Both the position numbers and the translations under genes were made by a program. A DNA stretch of 64,000 nt from the human T2T-CHM13v2.0 reference genome, Homo sapiens, in NCBI RefSeq assembly GCF_009914755.1, contig NC_060948.1; one strand, given 5' to 3'. Shown one piece after another: positions 57,339 to 64,000 of this stretch (the first letter of the stretch is position 1; each line of letters starts with the position of its first letter). Under the pieces are notes generated by a model. The model was not told where the DNA came from. It worked only from the letters and a program-made list of their open reading frames with translations, and made no database searches.

Positions 57339-58743
57339 CATAATACACCTTTAGTACTTAGAAATAATTTTGCTTATTATCAATAAGCTAATTTTCTCTT
57401 AAGGGAAATAAAAAAACTGAGAAATTTCGATATCTTCAAACTTATTTTCTTTCAGTCCTATGGTTCCATCTTTATATTTTAAAACATTACCCAGGTGTCC
57501 TTCATGTGAGGGAAGCCACCCTCTTGTTCCTCCACTGCTTCCTCTTGCAGATCTCAGACTTCCTGAAGGGCTTCTGTTTCTCGAAGAAGCTGGTGGTCTC
57601 CGTCTACCACCACTTTGAAAAGATGGTTTCTTGGCTTGTTCTACTTTTATTGCTTTTCCATGCAAAGACTAGAAGTATTAAGGGTACTATCAATAACACT
57701 GGCACATTTAACGTAAGCGCATTTTACAAACATTTTTACATGAAATGTAGTTCAATTCGAGGTATTTTCTCCCAACAGGAAATTTTTTTTCTCCTAAAAT
57801 GAACACATCTTTCGCAATGCCAAATTTGAGATAGTTACTGAGCACATGCCTTCCATTAAGGGATCAAACACAAATTCTATTATTCAAATTCCTTGAAAAC
57901 TCCTCCATTATTAAAAAAAAAACCTCAAACATAAAAAAAAAGATTGACCCATCACACATTCTATGGAAGAATGTGGCACATCTGTTTTTTACAATATATA
58001 ATGCACTTCATCTTTGTATTCACATCACTGATTTGAAAGTTGCAGTGTCCCAATGAAACTTGTGTCATTTTAAAAAAAAATGAGCTTACTTTTTCAGAGT
58101 GATTAGTCACATTACTCATTATGAGTTGTTTCTTGTTGGATTTGCTAACACTTAGATAAAATGTCCCCATATGATTTACAATTCTATATTGACTCTAAAA
58201 ATGTTTCTGTAAATGTGATCCTTGTTTGATCTCGTTAAGTTTTCTTGCCTTACTCATTTCTTATATTGCCTTACACGTGCCCCTAAAAAAAGAATCTTAA
58301 TATAGTACTTCAGGTAATTGCTCAGAAATGCTTAAATATCCTAATTAATTTCATAATAACATTTTTCACTGTAATCTTTTCTACAGGCCACAGCAATTTT
58401 TGAAAACAGTTCAGCTAATAATGTGATTTAAAAATTACATGGCTTTTGTTATTTGGAGGAAGGACTTAAATCCCTGACAAGACCCCTTGCAGCCACATCG
58501 CCAGTTGTTCCTACCTTGAAACTTCTTTTGTTATTTCTGGGCTCAAAATATTTTCCCCAGATTTGCCCATGGCTGCTTCCTTCCCAGTGTTGTGAAGTCA
58601 GCCAAAATTCCTTAACTGTTAATTCCCCCTGAAAACTCGAAGAACCTCCTTTATTGGCCATCGTAACATTAATGTGCATACAACATTCATAGTTATTTTA
58701 ACACAATAAAATATGTAAGATGAAGTAATTTAGAAATAACGTT

Positions 58744-59050
<307 letters not shown>

Positions 59051-59479
59051 TTACCTGCTCTTTTGCTTGAAAACTAGGGAGAAAAAGAATTATCATAGAT
59101 TACTATACATAAGTCAAAATTATCTCCATACCTACCACAAAGCCATGAACCAAACGCTACTCTCAGTTTCTACCACAGCTTAAAATACTAATTTTTAAGA
59201 GTGAATAAAAATGTACTTTCTGCTATGTGCCAGGAAGCGTGCTAGATGTAGCAGAAATAAAAGCAACGAGGAAGACTTAAATAAGCAATATATACAATTT
59301 CACAATCAATAGATTAATATATAGTACAGTGAGTACAAAATACCTACAATACGCAATGAGGAAGAAAATATGAAATCTAAGTGGTTTTTGAAGCATAAAT
59401 TGTTATTTGTATACACACACAGGGAAGGATAATTCTCAAGAAGTACAAAAAAGCATTTTGGGGATAGCGTAAAGAGTAA

Positions 59480-59822
<343 letters not shown>

Positions 59823-60641
59823 GACTGGGATAATGTTATAAAGCCAAAAAGCTCTACAGGGCCCAGAATGGAATGATCTTGACTACAATGTAAAGGAATT
59901 CAACAGTTAATAGAATTACATAAAAGTTTGAAGCTTTAGCAAACACACAATCCCTAGATTTAAGACTCAATAGGACAAGAGACCATTGGTTGGATCAAAA
60001 CAAGTCCTTAAACACACTGAGGAAATGAGTAATTAGGTATTCATGTTACATAAATCACTCTGGTGACAGGAGAAAAAAAAAGTCCTTAGGAGAAAAGAGC
60101 AAGGATGGGGCAAAAATGCCAGTTACTTTTGTTATCCAACTTCAATGTTCTCATATTATTTTCCATTTTCAAGTACTTAACATTTCATTAAATGTAAAGG
60201 TCTTATTTAAATATACTTTCTCAAGAATATATTTTCAGAAAATGGGAGAGATTCTTTCCTTCTTATGAGTCTATCCAGATTTTTTCCACAGTTTGTCTAT
60301 ACTATGGAAGTATTTCCATGAATTGGAAATAATTCCATTAACAGTATTTAATAAATGTTGACTTATTCCTTTCATTTGCATGAGGGTTCTTTGTAAGTTT
60401 TAAAGTTCTTCAAAACCTTTCAAAATCTATTTACCCTCATATTGAAATACAAACATATAAAAAAGTTACCATATATTAAAGTTTCTAATGGTAATTCCAA
60501 TACCCTTCCAACTACACTTGCATGTAAATGGCACAAAGAGGAGGATGGCTTCATATGACATTCTACTATCTTCAAAAGTTTAGTAATATTAAAAAGACCT
60601 AGAAATACTGTTAATTCAAGAACCAAGTTAGAATATTATTA

Positions 60642-60827
<186 letters not shown>

Positions 60828-62399
60828 TCAAATCAAAAAATAATTGCATTTCACATCATTGCTGTGATTCTTAGTACTAAGTCACCCCTATAGTCAGCTT
60901 ATTTTATTCTACTTTGTTCCCTAATTCCAAAACACATTTACTTTTCTTCATTTTCCTAAGTAGTAGGTGATTTTTACCACAGACCCTTCACCAGCTGCTA
61001 TGAGAATTTTCCAAATATCAAATAGATACTTCAAAATAAGAGTTTAAAAGTGATAAGGCATTTTAATGTAGGTATACAATGAACTTTGAAAAAATATATA
61101 TTTTTTCAAAACACATATAAATATTTTAATAGACATATTCAAATATACATAGGAAAATACACACACACACACACGGTTTTAAGAGTTACCTTCTGGTATG
61201 GGACCGTGTTTCACAAATACTGCTTTAAGCAACTTTTCATTGGTTTCTCTATTGAGATCACCGATGAAAAGCTAGTCAGGATGATTGTGCTGTAAACGGT
61301 AAAAAATTATCTATATTTAGATGAAAATAAATAAGCTAAAAAGATAAAATTTTATTACATACTGTGTTGAAAACTCAAGTACAATTCCCTTCCAGAGGCT
61401 GACATCTTTTTATTATTTGTGTCCACCTCACCGCCTTCTTACCCTGAGCAACCCTTGTCTGAGGAAATATTGTCTTCCACTAAACCGGTCCTTGATGAGA
61501 AAATGGCTATAGATTAAAGGGGCCCTTTATGTTACCCAGGCTGGTCTCCAACTCCTGACCACAAGCCATCCTCCTACCTTCACTTCCCAAAATGCTAGTA
61601 TTACAAGAGTAAGTCAGTGTGCCAGGTTAACAGAATAACTAAAGCACATCTATTTTGTTCCTGTTTTAGGCTAACTCCATTTATCTTGATTACACCCACT
61701 TAATAGGTTGAAATTATTTACGGTGCTAGAGACACATGACACATGTTTGAAATACTGTCATACAAGGAAGGAAACAATTACAGGTTTTACAGAGGCAAAT
61801 TTAATCTGAAATTATTTATGGCCCCAGACTTCTGCACACACTAAAATAACACAATTTATGTCAAAATTTGTTAATTCCTGGCAAGCAAAGCAGACATGTG
61901 ACATGTGCTGACTAAAAGTATAAGTCTTTAATCACAGTGGTTAAGTATACTGCCTGTATTTTGAATTATGACCACACTTACAGAGAAAAACTCCTTCAAT
62001 AAAATGTGCAGATGAAAACAATGGCGCCTTAGCACCATCTCCTACAACTTGCCCACATGTCGGACATGTGTGACGGTTAAAGGTAGAATCCTCAAAAAGC
62101 ATCAATGTGTTTAACAAAAATGAGTTTCTTAAGAGCGCTAAGGAGTTCTCTCCCCACTGTCTCCTCCCATAGTTCAACACCCACACATAGAAAACCCATC
62201 CCTTTTAAAAACAAAATCCCAAACCTTTGCTTCCTGTTCTTGCCAAAAGACCAACCTGTCCAGAGAAAACAGAAATACAGGTGCTCTTCAGTAGGACAAA
62301 CAGCCTCAGGGTCGTTCGGCCCTCAGGTTGTCTGCATCTGGCTTCTGGACAGCACAGGGCCAACTGCAGGAAGCACACTTCGAGCTGGCCTGAGCAGGA

Positions 62400-63340
62400 A
62401 GGATGCCAGAAGCCATGCCCGGAAATCCTGCCTACCTCCAGCGGCCAATCATTGCGAGGGCGGTGGGTGTCGGCCAATTATTGTGAGGTCCGTAGGCGTC
62501 TCCCGAGGCGCCCGGCCCTTGCCTGGCCTGCAGCTCAGTCGTCCCCTGGTAAGCATCCTCTGAAAAGCTACATGTTCCTGGGGCCTGGAGGCAGTGGATT
62601 CAGGCACAAGCAGGCGATGAGCCCTTTGCAATTGTGGGCATGGAAGACCTACACCCTAACTGGCATACTGACTGCGGCAAGACATTGACCCACAGGGAAC
62701 ACATGAAACATCTCACTTCATTAGGCAGGCTAGGCTGGTGGTACTGAATATTGCAGATCCAGAGGGAAGAGAGAGGGACCAGCATTGGCTGCTGGGGTGA
62801 GGGCGACGGGGGCTTGGGAGGAGTGGGGTAGGGCGAGTGCGTTGGAGGAAAGTCGACTGGTACATTGCTGGGGTGGAATTCGTATGCACCAGAAGCTGAA
62901 ACCCTCAAGGACTCTCAGGCCTAGGCAAACAGAGACTGTGAGTTCCATGCTTCCTCCTTGATGATGCTGTACTCACAGGGGCATTCCAAAGGACCTCTCA
63001 TCCTCTGCCCTGGGCACACGGGAGGCCAGCCGCCATGGTCGCCAATCTGATGCCCCATGTGCATTGACTTTCTAGCGAAGAGGCTCCCGCAAGTGCAGCA
63101 GTAGCCATAGTGCCTGCTAGACGGGCTCTGGAAGCCCAGAGCCTTGGACTCCGACTCCAGGGCTGCTGTGTGCAGCTAACCGTGCTCGGTATCTGGACCC
63201 CATGGTGAGTGCGGTGGGCTGTGGGCCCTGCGGGGCTCCCCAGGAACCCTGTATCCACTAGGAGTGGGACATAGTTCTCAGCAAGGCAAGGCTTGCGGGC
63301 CTCTCCGCGAGCTGCCCCCAGAGTCGAGGGGTGCCGGGGG
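62400..63340. promoter_or_regulatory. GC/CpG-enriched region between the divergent RBMY and TSPY-like 5' ends
   Basis: CCAAT motifs near 62445 and 62474, GGGCGG at 62458, CpG density clearly above the surrounding DNA. Confidence 0.55.
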
Positions 63341-63677
63341 CGTGGGCTGGGCGGCACAGGCCTTGGTCTGTGGGAGCCTAAAGGAGGGCACCGTGTTAAG
63401 GCAGAGGTTCTGCAGGAGAGGGCGGCCTGTGCACAGAGCAGGAAGGTAACCCTGGGGGAGGAGGCATGCTAGTCGGGTATGACATCATGGCAGAGATGGA
63501 GGTGGTGGCCAAGGAAGAGGCCAATGTGGAGCGGCAGCAGGAGGACCAGCAGGCACAGCCTGGCCCTGGCCCCAGTACGCCCCGGCTGGCAAAGGACTGG
63601 CTGCACGTCCTTCACTTGGAGCTGGGCTGAGTGAATGCCCCAGGCCGCAAGGCATCCCCGCCTTCTGGGCCAGAGCC
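63335..63677 (+). pseudogene. TSPY: TSPY-like pseudogene, exon 1 remnant (continues beyond the window)
   Basis: [49 protein letters not shown] and FWARA followed by donor gtattc match TSPY exon 1; frameshifts, in-frame TGA and an internal deletion. Confidence 0.88.
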
Positions 63678-64000
63678 GTATTCTTGCAGCTGCCAATTCG
63701 GGATAGCTGGCATCAGTGGGTGGGGGCCTAGCTCCCGGGATTGGGGTTGGGGCAAACAAGGTGGCAGGCACCGGGGCTCAGCCAGGATTCAGGGCATGAG
63801 GGACAACGAGGGGAACCGAGGACACGCTCGTGCAGTTAGAAGGGCAGCTTAATTGTGGGCGCTCTGAGGGCACGTTACAGGGACAGGAAGCCAAGCACAG
63901 CACTCACAGGCGAGAATAGCCCCTCAAAGGACCCTTCATAAACAGCAGAAAGTTGAAGGACATGTTTCAGTGGGAAAGTGCCTGGAGGAAGGGGAGTCTG

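Noticed and set aside
57399-57665. 88-aa RBMY-like ORF as a functional CDS
   Set aside because: It is exon 4 plus intron read-through with a non-ATG start; the gene lacks its start codon
62105-63852. Cluster of 100-150 aa ORFs
   Set aside because: Expected in GC-rich DNA; only the TSPY-like frame fragments show recognisable homology

Overview
Primate (probably human or great-ape) Y-chromosome ampliconic DNA. I found no intact protein-coding gene. From left to right: (1) an L1 fragment fused to a degenerate HERV-K(HML-5)/HERVK22 provirus (gag-pro/dUTPase-pol-env plus a 3' LTR22; the 5' LTR and PBS are missing). (2) An AT-rich, repeat-studded block (~9.5-36.3 kb) that hides a minus-strand, multi-exon unprocessed pseudogene. 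At least 15 exon-like segments can be read by hand, with splice sites and mostly matching intron phases, and the reconstructed protein resembles a Munc13/MUN-family protein that I cannot assign to a named gene. (3) Old L1/MLT/Alu-rich DNA. (4) A minus-strand RBMY pseudogene with a single SRGY exon (RBMY2-type), a deleted start codon, and an internal ~1.8 kb duplication whose upstream copy looks like RBMY1. (5) A head-to-head TSPY-like pseudogene exon 1 on the plus strand. Repeat family names and paralog comparisons come from recalled consensus sequences, not from a database search.
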